Shown in pieces: positions 1 through 8,291 of a stretch of DNA of 64,000 nt. The translations under genes were made by a program, and so were the position numbers. Position 1 is the first letter of the stretch; each line of letters begins with the position of its first letter. The notes under the pieces are model-generated. The model was not told the origin of the DNA. It saw only the letters and a program-made list of their open reading frames with translations, and ran no database searches. Source of the stretch: a virus; the IMG/VR virus record IMGVR_UViG_3300042888_000931, positions 1-64,000 of that record, one strand, 5' to 3'.

Positions 1-2
1 TC

Positions 3-212
3 TCAGATGATAATACATTTGTTCAGTGTGCAATCAGACCTCCAGAAGGAGAGCAATTACTTGCTGGAACAGAATATGTTTATGACGTTGAGGTTAGAAG
101 AGAAAAAGGTTCTTCAGGAGTTGGAGATTATGCAATAGTTCAAACACTTCTAACAGGAAAAATAACAGTTACAGATCAGGTCACAGGCGCAACTGCTGCG
201 ACTAGGCCATAG
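3..212 (+). CDS. 3' end of a virion adaptor/baseplate-upper-like protein (truncated at window start)
   Basis: Own translation from position 3: ...YVYDVEVRREK...LLTGKITVTDQVTG...RP*, stop TAG at 210-212. Pattern resembles the C-terminus of 7160..7549 (DIFDIQL...VAKGSMVIIEDVT). Confidence 0.55.
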   Translation, partial: SDDNTFVQCAIRPPEGEQLLAGTEYVYDVEVRREKGSSGVGDYAIVQTLLTGKITVTDQVTGATAATRP

Positions 213-220
213 GGAGCACA

Positions 221-817
221 ATGGCAGATATTCTTTTATCAAATGACGACCTAACTGTATTTGGTGGACCAGAAACAATCAGTCTTGATTTAGATATAGG
301 ACCACAGGGTGATCGTGGAAGTATTATTGTAGGATCAAATGGAAATCCACAAGATGCCAATGTAAATGCCACAATAGTTCAAGATCTTCAGGCATTAGAT
401 ATTGCAATTGATTATAATCCAGCATCTACAACATATAAGACAGTTTTTCAAAGAGTAGCAACAGCAACTGGGACACAATGGACACAACTGTTTAACCTAA
501 AGACAAATTATTACTCTTCAATAAAAGATGTAACTGCTGCTAATGGAGTGCTTTCAATCCCGCCAATAAATGTTGCAGACATCTACGGTTCTTCTGGCAT
601 AACTGCAGCAACCTCAGCAGCATTCAATGTTCAGTATTCAATATCGTCTTCAGATGCCTCTGGTCCTTTAGCAACAACGCTTCTAGTAAAAGAACTTATA
701 ACCAGTCAAGGCTTTTTGGCACTACCACTTGAAATAAAGGGTGTAGAATATATTGACGATGCTTGGCAGCCTTTGGCTGGTCCAAAGCGTGTCCATTTAT
801 TTATTACAGTGGTATAA
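221..817 (+). CDS. Hypothetical virion-associated protein
   Basis: 198-aa ORF with GGAG RBS upstream and a short GPQGDRG motif; lies among fibre genes. Confidence 0.6.
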   Translation: MADILLSNDDLTVFGGPETISLDLDIGPQGDRGSIIVGSNGNPQDANVNATIVQDLQALDIAIDYNPASTTYKTVFQRVATATGTQWTQLFNLKTNYYSSIKDVTAANGVLSIPPINVADIYGSSGITAATSAAFNVQYSISSSDASGPLATTLLVKELITSQGFLALPLEIKGVEYIDDAWQPLAGPKRVHLFITVV

Positions 818-836
818 TGACAAGAGGTGATTTATA

Positions 837-2951
837 GTGGCAGAAGAGAATATTGACAATACCGCCAACGGTACTGGACCCTTCAACACCAAAATCCCTG
901 GACTTGGCGATGCAGCAGATATCCAGGCAGCCCTAAGACTTTATCACTATGGATCATATACTTATGATGCAGCAGCACCTGTTCCAGGCCCTCTTCCAAT
1001 CCCATCAGTTGCAAACCACCTAAAAACCCTTGTAGATGCAGATGCCCTAGAAGTAGTAAACAGAACTGCAGCAGATGACTTAGAAATAGTAAATAGAAAT
1101 GCAGCAATAGCAGCACATAATTCAGCAACTGTAAATGTCCACGGAATACTAGATACATCTGATTTAGTAACAATATCAGATCTAAATGATGCAATAGACA
1201 ACACAACTGGATCTTATCCTAACCTTGCTGGAAGCGGTATTGAGTGGAATTCTGTTGATGAGCAATTTGACCTTGATCAATCTTTATTAAACAATAATAC
1301 TGTAGTAATTAAGACAACTGGATTTACTTTAGATGCCCTCGATGTTAATAAAACAATTTTGCTTAATGCATCATCTCCAATGAATTTAACTGTTCCGCTA
1401 AATTCTGCTGTTAATATACCAGTTGGATACAAATATAATTTAGTTGAAATCGGAACAGCAAAAACAACTTTTGTTCCATCATCTGGCGTAACAATTGGTA
1501 GCAAGAACTCACAACTATTTTTAGATGGACAATATAGCAGAGGAAATCTTGTAAAGATTGGAACAGATTCTTGGATTTTGTATGGAGATGTTTATGAAGG
1601 TGTTGCAACACCTACCCCTACACCTGTAGCACCTACCCCTGTAGCACCTACCCCTGTAGCACCTACCCCTGTAGCGCCTACCCCTGTAGCGCCTACACCT
1701 GTAGCGCCTACACCTGTAGCGCCTACACCTGTAGCACCTACCCCAACACCAGTAGCACCGACTCCAGTTGCTCCAACACCAGTAGCACCTACCCCTACTC
1801 CTGTTGCACCAACACCTGTTCCAACACCAGTCCCTACTCCTGTAACACCGTTCTTTTCTCCAACACCAACACCAACACCAACACCAACACCAGTAGCACC
1901 TTCTTCAGGAGTTTGGTACACATTCTGCGGTAATGTTTCTGCAGGATATGCGCCAGGAACTGTAGTCGGACCAGTGTTTGATCCATCACTTACATGTTCT
2001 GAAGCATTAGCACAACAAACCTCATTTGGTGAAATTGGATCTGGATGGAACTGTGCATCAGGAACATCCGCATCTTCTTCTGTACCAGCAGCAAGTTGTG
2101 GAGTAACCCCTACACCAGTAGCACCTACTCCTACACCAGTTGCACCAACACCAGTCAACCCTTGTAACCCAGACTGGAGTTTAATTCCTCAATCACAATG
2201 TGTTGAGTGTGGATTAGTCTGGTCACCTGAGTTTGGTGAATGTATTAGCGTATCACCAACCCCTGTTGCCCCTACACCTGTAGCACCTACCCCTGTAGCA
2301 CCTACCCCTGTAGCGCCTACCCCTGTAGCGCCTACACCAGTTGCTCCAAGTTGTGTTCCAGCCGATGCGTGGTCATACAACCAGTCTAAGTGTCAGTCAT
2401 GCGGATATTACTACAGCACAGAATTTGGAGAGTGCTCAACAACTCCTTGGAATACACCTACCCCAGTTGCTCCAACACCAGTTGCTCCAACTCCAGTTGC
2501 TCCAACTCCAGTAGCACCTACACCTGTACCAGTTGCTCCTACACCAGTAGCACCTGTACCTGTACCTGTTGCTCCTACTCCAACTAATATATGTGCTGGA
2601 GATATTTCCTTACTTAGCCCAAGCCAGTGTACTGCTTGTGGATACTTCTACTCAACACAATTTGGTGAGTGTATAACTACTGCACCTACACCTGTAGCAC
2701 CACCGTTCTTCCCACCATTCTTCCCACCTTACTTCCCATTCTTCCCACCATTCTTCCCACCATTCTTTGGACCTGCACCAGTTGCTCCAACTCCAGTAGC
2801 ACCTACACCAGTAGCACCTACACCAGTAGCACCTGTACCTGTAGCACCTACACCTGTAGCACCTACACCAACAGGGGGATGTACTGGATGTATTAGAAAC
2901 TATTGCTACGAGCCATGTCCAGCATGTTGTAATGGCGACTGCGGATGCTAG
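837..2951 (+). CDS. Fibre/appendage protein with PTPVA repeats, three 4-Cys modules, a PPFF repeat and an 8-Cys C-terminal tail
   Basis: GTG start after GAGGTG. Shares HNSATVNVHGILDT and LTVPLNS...WILYGD domains with the fibre at 10323. Repeats are visible in the translation. Confidence 0.75.
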   Translation: MAEENIDNTANGTGPFNTKIPGLGDAADIQAALRLYHYGSYTYDAAAPVPGPLPIPSVANHLKTLVDADALEVVNRTAADDLEIVNRNAAIAAHNSATVNVHGILDTSDLVTISDLNDAIDNTTGSYPNLAGSGIEWNSVDEQFDLDQSLLNNNTVVIKTTGFTLDALDVNKTILLNASSPMNLTVPLNSAVNIPVGYKYNLVEIGTAKTTFVPSSGVTIGSKNSQLFLDGQYSRGNLVKIGTDSWILYGDVYEGVATPTPTPVAPTPVAPTPVAPTPVAPTPVAPTPVAPTPVAPTPVAPTPTPVAPTPVAPTPVAPTPTPVAPTPVPTPVPTPVTPFFSPTPTPTPTPTPVAPSSGVWYTFCGNVSAGYAPGTVVGPVFDPSLTCSEALAQQTSFGEIGSGWNCASGTSASSSVPAASCGVTPTPVAPTPTPVAPTPVNPCNPDWSLIPQSQCVECGLVWSPEFGECISVSPTPVAPTPVAPTPVAPTPVAPTPVAPTPVAPSCVPADAWSYNQSKCQSCGYYYSTEFGECSTTPWNTPTPVAPTPVAPTPVAPTPVAPTPVPVAPTPVAPVPVPVAPTPTNICAGDISLLSPSQCTACGYFYSTQFGECITTAPTPVAPPFFPPFFPPYFPFFPPFFPPFFGPAPVAPTPVAPTPVAPTPVAPVPVAPTPVAPTPTGGCTGCIRNYCYEPCPACCNGDCGC
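1609..2870 (+). repeat. Degenerate 15-bp coding tandem repeats (CCTACCCCTGTAGCA-type, PTPVA) in several blocks
   Basis: Directly visible at about 1609-1900, 2110-2155, 2255-2348, 2455-2585 and 2770-2870. Confidence 0.95.
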
Positions 2952-2995
2952 TGTATAATAGATATTACCAAAATAATCTATAGAAAAGAGCATTT

Positions 2996-3235
2996 ATGTC
3001 AGAAGAATTAACTCCTTGGCAAAAATACAAACAAAGTTTGGGAGAAACTAGACCCTGGGATCTTGTCAATCCTGAAACACAGTGGGCTACTTCCGAGGTA
3101 GCAGAAGAAAGATACTCTATTTGTAAGGGCTGTCCAGAACTAATAAAATTAACCAAACAGTGTAAAAAATGTGGATGTTTCATGGCAGCAAAAACAAAAC
3201 TAGAAAAGGCAGTATGCCCACTAGGTAAGTGGTAA
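2996..3235 (+). CDS. Small Cys-rich protein (DUF6171-like, CxxC-x8-CxxCGC-x12-CPxGKW)
   Basis: CKGCP...CKKCGCFM...KLEKAVCPLGKW motif. Confidence 0.65.
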   Translation: MSEELTPWQKYKQSLGETRPWDLVNPETQWATSEVAEERYSICKGCPELIKLTKQCKKCGCFMAAKTKLEKAVCPLGKW

Positions 3236-3819
3236 AAATGAAACCTCCTTATCTATTAAAAAATGTGTTACCACCAAAAGAACATAGAGAGTTACAAAAT
3301 TTGGCAATGAACTTGTGGTCAACAGACAAAACAACTTTTGATGAAGGATTTGGAAGGCATCAGTGGGCAATCTGGGATAACACACACAGAGAAAATGTAG
3401 AACCACTTAGAAAATTTCATGAGATGCTTTTGCCATTAGCAAAAGAAGAGTTTGAGTCAGAAACACTTTTGCCATCATGGTCTCTTATAAGTATTTATGA
3501 AACTGATAAGGCAAGGCTGTGGAAACATAAAGATGATAATGCTTGTACATATCATATGAACTATACTATTTTTCATAAGACACCCTGGGATTTTTATGTA
3601 GAGGGAGAAAGGTTTCAGCCAGAAGAAAACGATATGGTTATATCATATGGAAATGATCAAGAGCACTGGAGAGAAGAGTTTCCCAATCCAGAAACAAATT
3701 TAGTTGCAAATGCGTTTTTCTTTTATACAGAGCCAGATCACTGGTTTTTTACTGAAGGCCCTCAATATCTATATACCAATATTCGTGCTAAAAAAGATGA
3801 AGACTCTCCGAGTATGTAG
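3229..3819 (+). CDS. 2OG-Fe(II) oxygenase-like protein
   Basis: LWKHKDD (HxD) and distal EHWRE His; DSBH-type spacing. The start may be the ATG at 3238. Confidence 0.65.
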   Translation: MVKMKPPYLLKNVLPPKEHRELQNLAMNLWSTDKTTFDEGFGRHQWAIWDNTHRENVEPLRKFHEMLLPLAKEEFESETLLPSWSLISIYETDKARLWKHKDDNACTYHMNYTIFHKTPWDFYVEGERFQPEENDMVISYGNDQEHWREEFPNPETNLVANAFFFYTEPDHWFFTEGPQYLYTNIRAKKDEDSPSM

Positions 3820-3821
3820 TT

Positions 3822-4856
3822 ATGGGAAATATTTTTTATCAACTTTATCAGCCTTGCGGTTTGTTTAATCAGATAACAAGTTTAGAAACTGCGGTTGGTT
3901 TGTCAAGTAGATATAAAAAACAATTAATATTTTACAACATCAGTAATCCTGCAAATGGAGATTATGGTGGAGCAAGAGTTCCAATTTACTCTGCAAACTA
4001 TAGATATAATGAAAGAAGTCATCTAATTGATGTAGATGTTTTTCCAAATATTTCAGATTTGATGGATTGGGAAAATAAAGATTGCAATATTTTAATAAAT
4101 GATATTGTGGATAGTTTTACTAATGAAGATTTAAAAATAGAAAATTTAATGATGTACTATTCACCTGCGTCAAATGACTATAAAGATACGGAGAGTTACT
4201 TTTCTGAAGGAAGAGAGAGGCTGCTACTAGATAACTACAACAATGTACATTTAAAAAAAACATTGGGGTATTACAGCAGATTTTTTTTAGATCGTGAACC
4301 CTCATTAGATAAAAGTCTATCTTCTGTAAGATTTAAATCAGAATATTATCAACTAGCAGAAAAGATAGCCTTGTCTATTGGACTTTTTAATGGGGCACAC
4401 TTTAGGCTTACAGACCATAAAGGTATGTTTGACCCAGACAGCAACATTTTAGATTCTGGAATTAGCCAAATAGATAATGGCTTGCCTATAGTCATGTGCA
4501 CCGATCAACCAAATAGTGAATTAATAAAAAACTCTTCTTATAGTTATTTGTTATTAGATGACTATATATTGAATAATTTTTATAAAGAGTTTAGAGAGTT
4601 TAAATTTAAAGAAGAGGTTTCATTTGGCATATTAAATAACCTAGTTATGCACTATAGTCAAGAATTTATTGGAAGCCCAGGAAGCACATACACTGGATAC
4701 ATCCATAGAGGATTAAATCAAAAAAGAGATATACAATGGAGAATATTCGGGGAAGAAGAGCATCCACAAGATGGTCCGTACTCCTGGAATGGGTATGACA
4801 ATAAGGATAGTTTAACAAAACAGTGGTGGAGAGAATGGAAGGAATCAAGAATATGA
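3822..4856 (+). CDS. O-fucosyltransferase family glycosyltransferase (GT-B, POFUT-like)
   Basis: N-terminal GLFNQ, central GAHFRLTD (HxRxxD), MCTD, and C-terminal FIGSPGSTYT motifs typical of GDP-fucose-using GT-B enzymes. Confidence 0.75.
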   Translation: MGNIFYQLYQPCGLFNQITSLETAVGLSSRYKKQLIFYNISNPANGDYGGARVPIYSANYRYNERSHLIDVDVFPNISDLMDWENKDCNILINDIVDSFTNEDLKIENLMMYYSPASNDYKDTESYFSEGRERLLLDNYNNVHLKKTLGYYSRFFLDREPSLDKSLSSVRFKSEYYQLAEKIALSIGLFNGAHFRLTDHKGMFDPDSNILDSGISQIDNGLPIVMCTDQPNSELIKNSSYSYLLLDDYILNNFYKEFREFKFKEEVSFGILNNLVMHYSQEFIGSPGSTYTGYIHRGLNQKRDIQWRIFGEEEHPQDGPYSWNGYDNKDSLTKQWWREWKESRI

Positions 4857-5884
4857 AAACAGCATTAGTATTTGGCGCAGGTGGGTTTATAGGAAGCCAT
4901 ATGGTAAAGCGTTTAAAGTCAGAAGGATACTGGGTTCGTGGTGTTGACTTAAAACATCCAGACTTTTCAGAAACACAGGCAGACGAGTTTATTGAAAGAG
5001 ATTTGTCCGTATATGAAAATGTTGAAAAGGTTATTCAGTTTAAAGGATATCAAGGAAACTTCTACCATGAAATTCCTTATCGTTCTATAGATTCATTTGA
5101 CGAGATTTACCAGTTTGCTGCAGATATGGGTGGTGCAGGATATATTTTTACTGGTTTGAACGATTCTCAGATTATGGAAAACTCTGCCTTAATAAACCTC
5201 AATCTTTTAAGAGCACAGTCTAGGCTTAATGAAAAATATGATATTAACAAGACTAAAATATTTTATTCAAGTTCTGCCTGCATGTATCCTGACTACAAGC
5301 AGTTAGATGTCAATAATCCTGGACTTAAAGAATCTGATGCATACCCTGCAGACCCTGACAGCGAGTATGGTTGGGAAAAACTCTTTAGTGAAAGAATGTT
5401 CTTGGCATTTAATAGAAACAATAAGATCCCAGTGGCCATTGCTAGATACCACAATATTTATGGACCAGAAGGAACCTGGGATGGTGGAAAAGAAAAAGCA
5501 CCTGCTGCAATGTGTCGAAAAGTTATACAGGCAGATGGCTTTGTAGAAATTTGGGGGGATGGAGAACAAACCCGTTCATTCCTATACATAGATGAATGCA
5601 TAGAGGCAACAAGAAGACTTATGCAATCAGATTTTACTGGTCCTGTTAATATAGGGTCTGAAGAGATGGTTACTATAAATCAACTGGTTGATATTGCTTG
5701 CAGTATTGAGGGCAAGGTTTTGAGCAAGATGCATATTCCTGGACCTTTGGGAGTTAGAGGAAGAAATTCTAATAATGATTTGGTAAGAGAAAGACTAGGC
5801 TGGGATTACTCAATGTCTCTTAAAGATGGAATTGAAAAAACCTACAACTGGATACTTCAGGAAACAAAAAAGAACCCCTCCTAA
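4853..5884 (+). CDS. GDP-mannose 3,5-epimerase-like NAD-dependent epimerase
   Basis: GAGGFIGSH, AADMGG, SSACMYP, YGWEK, HNIYGPEGTWDGGKEKAPAAMCRK, WGDGEQTRSF and GVRGRNS match GME signatures. ATGA overlap with the upstream stop codon. Confidence 0.85.
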   Translation: MKTALVFGAGGFIGSHMVKRLKSEGYWVRGVDLKHPDFSETQADEFIERDLSVYENVEKVIQFKGYQGNFYHEIPYRSIDSFDEIYQFAADMGGAGYIFTGLNDSQIMENSALINLNLLRAQSRLNEKYDINKTKIFYSSSACMYPDYKQLDVNNPGLKESDAYPADPDSEYGWEKLFSERMFLAFNRNNKIPVAIARYHNIYGPEGTWDGGKEKAPAAMCRKVIQADGFVEIWGDGEQTRSFLYIDECIEATRRLMQSDFTGPVNIGSEEMVTINQLVDIACSIEGKVLSKMHIPGPLGVRGRNSNNDLVRERLGWDYSMSLKDGIEKTYNWILQETKKNPS

Positions 5885-5890
5885 GAGGGG
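5862..5890 (-). terminator. Intrinsic terminator between convergent genes
   Basis: CCCCTC-CTAA-GAGGGG hairpin at 5875-5890, preceded by an A-rich run that forms the U-tract on the minus strand. Confidence 0.7.
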
Positions 5891-5905
5891 GCCTAATTTG
5901 AGATA

Positions 5906-6469
5906 TTACTTAGGAAATTTAGCCATCCAGTATTTGGTTCTTGGAGTGATGCCCTTCCATGAGGACCAATCATCTCCACCATTTGTCATATAGTATGCAA
6001 TCTCTGCATTCTTGACGGGATTGAATAACTCAGCGTTTGACTCAAGATCAAACTTGGTTCTACGATCAGGACCAAGGTTGTCGATCATATTAATTTGGAA
6101 CATACCATAAGATGAGTCACCAGTCTTGTGGTTTCCGTTAAATGCTAATGGACGACCATTAGATTCCTTCTTGGCAACTGCCCAAGCCACAACAAGGTCT
6201 TTACCCTTGAAGCCAACTAGTGAAAGCAGTTCTTTTAGTTCTAGATCAGTCAGAGAAACCTTATTCTCAAAACTCTCTAGTTTTTTAGCCTTAGAAACCA
6301 AAAAAACCTCTTTCGAGGTGGTTTCCGATGTCTGAGCCTGTTCAAGGCTAAGATTGTTCTTTGTATCAAGACCTGAATCAGCATTTGCACCGTTCGACAA
6401 AACAGTTACTAATGCTACGATACTGAGTGTGCTAATGATCTCTTTGTTTCTTTCGATAAATTTAATCAT
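5906..6469 (-). CDS. Secreted lysozyme-like/lytic transglycosylase
   Basis: AVAKKES (catalytic Glu), SYGMFQINM, LFNPVKNA and WSSW motifs; N-terminal signal peptide ending ANA; AAGGAGG RBS before the ATG at 6469. Confidence 0.8.
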   Translation of the reverse strand: MIKFIERNKEIISTLSIVALVTVLSNGANADSGLDTKNNLSLEQAQTSETTSKEVFLVSKAKKLESFENKVSLTDLELKELLSLVGFKGKDLVVAWAVAKKESNGRPLAFNGNHKTGDSSYGMFQINMIDNLGPDRRTKFDLESNAELFNPVKNAEIAYYMTNGGDDWSSWKGITPRTKYWMAKFPK

Positions 6470-6516
6470 AGTTTCCTCCTTAGAAAACAATAACACCCTG
6501 GTAGGTGTTACTACCA

Positions 6517-6564
6517 AGTATATCATGAGATTTTTCAAAAAGCAACTTTAGAGGGTGGTATAAT
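6517..6564. promoter_or_regulatory. Divergent extended -10 promoters
   Basis: Minus-strand TGATATACT at about 6525-6517; plus-strand TGGTATAAT at 6556-6564, 7 nt before the ATG at 6572. Confidence 0.65.
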
Positions 6565-6571
6565 AAAGATT

Positions 6572-7147
6572 ATGGCTACAGGCGTATCATCTAATTATCC
6601 TACTATTAAGTATCCACTTGCTTCTGATCCCGTGAACGTACACGGTGATATAAAAGTCCTGGTAGACGCATTAAATAATATTCTTCCACCACTTGGAACG
6701 ACAAGCGTATCTTCTACTGTAAGAAATGCAAGTTCGTCTGTTTCTATTCCAGCAGGAACTCCAGTTTATATTTCTGGAAGCGTTTCTCATGAAGGAAAGC
6801 AAAAGCCAACAGTAGAAAAATATAATCCCTTAAGTCCTAATCATAATCCAAACACCCCAATACTTGGTTTGACTCAGGCAGATATACTTCCTGCAAGTTC
6901 AACTGATGGAGATGGCGTTGTTGTGGTTTCTGGAATTATACAAATGAATACAACAGGCCTAGGAGTTTCTGGAACAAAAATTTATGTAGATGGAAGTGGA
7001 ACATTAGTAAGTGGTCGTCCATCTTCTGGTCCCGCAAGATATATTGGAATAGTTGCAGTTCAAGCAACCAAACCTTTGGGTGGAATGATTATCGTTCAGA
7101 CAAAGGGAAACGGTACTTGGGGAGCACTAAAAGACGGATTGTCGTGA
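6572..7147 (+). CDS. Virion structural protein (capsid-decoration/fibre-like)
   Basis: IPAGTPVYISG...GVVVVSG...IYVDGSG pattern seen in phage structural proteins. Confidence 0.5.
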   Translation: MATGVSSNYPTIKYPLASDPVNVHGDIKVLVDALNNILPPLGTTSVSSTVRNASSSVSIPAGTPVYISGSVSHEGKQKPTVEKYNPLSPNHNPNTPILGLTQADILPASSTDGDGVVVVSGIIQMNTTGLGVSGTKIYVDGSGTLVSGRPSSGPARYIGIVAVQATKPLGGMIIVQTKGNGTWGALKDGLS

Positions 7148-7159
7148 TATAATAACATT

Positions 7160-7549
7160 ATGGCTACCTTTAGAAATCAACCCACAGATTCTTATGCACT
7201 TGGATCAGCCCCACCAGAAATTCGTTGGACAGTTGTCCGTGGAGATTCAGCATCATTTCGTGTTTATGTAACTAACGATGCAAGAGAGCCACTTCTTCTT
7301 GACGATTGGGAAGTTGCCATGGATGTTTATCGTCCTTCAACAGATGATGTTGTTTTATCTTTGTCCCCTGAGCCAATTGAGTTTCAAGATACAGAGGGAA
7401 GTTTTACTGTAAACCTTACATCCTCTCAATCAGAACTTCTTGAGACAGGAGACATCTTCGATATCCAACTCACAGAACTTCTATCAGAAGGCAGAGTTTG
7501 GACGGTAGCCAAAGGGTCAATGGTTATTATTGAAGATGTAACACAGTAA
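7160..7549 (+). CDS. Virion adaptor protein (BppU/LtfC-like beta-sandwich)
   Basis: VRGDS...FDIQL...VWTVAKGSM pattern; leaderless-type promoter 6 nt upstream. Confidence 0.5.
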   Translation: MATFRNQPTDSYALGSAPPEIRWTVVRGDSASFRVYVTNDAREPLLLDDWEVAMDVYRPSTDDVVLSLSPEPIEFQDTEGSFTVNLTSSQSELLETGDIFDIQLTELLSEGRVWTVAKGSMVIIEDVTQ

Positions 7550-7794
7550 TGCCAACAAACCTAACCCCACTATCACAAGAGTTTTATAGAACAACACACA
7601 GACTTGCTCATACACAAATTCAAGACCTTGATGTCAAAAGAATAAAGATCGATCACTTCCAGCCAAAGGCTAGAGTTGAAGAGGTTTTGCCATTTAGAGT
7701 TCAGTTTATAAACGTAAGTGTGTTTGGATATTCCAAAACTAACCCACCCCCAATCCCACTACAGATCATTGGCTATAGCAACTACATTCTCTAA
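7549..7794 (+). CDS. Hypothetical protein
   Basis: 81-aa ORF, TAATG-coupled to the upstream gene. Confidence 0.55.
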   Translation: MPTNLTPLSQEFYRTTHRLAHTQIQDLDVKRIKIDHFQPKARVEEVLPFRVQFINVSVFGYSKTNPPPIPLQIIGYSNYIL

Positions 7795-7827
7795 TAGTAT
7801 TATTAAAAGGGGTGTTATAATTACCAC

Positions 7828-8274
7828 ATGGCTAAAGTATCAATTCCATCAGTTAAGGCTCTATTCCAAACAGGAGATAGACCTACTCAAGAAAACTATG
7901 AAGATTTAATCGACACCGCAACTGCTCAGTCAACAGACTTGGGCTCTTCAGGTAATAATGAAAATACAATCAATGGTATTGAGAACTTAACTGTTGTTGA
8001 TAACTTTGACGCTACAGTTTGGCGTATGGTCAAGTATATTGTTTCAATATCAAAGACCTCTGCAGGGGACAATAAGTTCTATGCAACCGAACTAACAATT
8101 CTCGTTGACGGTACAAATGTAAATGTCAGCGAATACGGAACAATCGACAATGATGGGAATATTGGCACCATTAATGTCTCTCGCACTGGAAATACCGTGG
8201 CCTTAACAGTCACTCCAGATCCTGCGATCAAGCCAGTCACAGTTCGTTTTGCACGAATTGGACTTAAGGCATAA
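7828..8274 (+). CDS. Virion protein, paralog of the C-terminal domain of 8292..9779
   Basis: FQTGDRPT N-terminus; ELTILVDGTNVNVSEYGTI resembles KVLLTLDASDNIAMTEYGIV. Confidence 0.6.
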   Translation: MAKVSIPSVKALFQTGDRPTQENYEDLIDTATAQSTDLGSSGNNENTINGIENLTVVDNFDATVWRMVKYIVSISKTSAGDNKFYATELTILVDGTNVNVSEYGTIDNDGNIGTINVSRTGNTVALTVTPDPAIKPVTVRFARIGLKA

Positions 8275-8291
8275 CTAAGGAGATATAAAAA

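Noticed and set aside
1592-2993. Minus-strand GATGV-repeat and Cys/Trp-rich ORFs
   Set aside because: Antisense shadows of the PTPVA repeats in gene 837.
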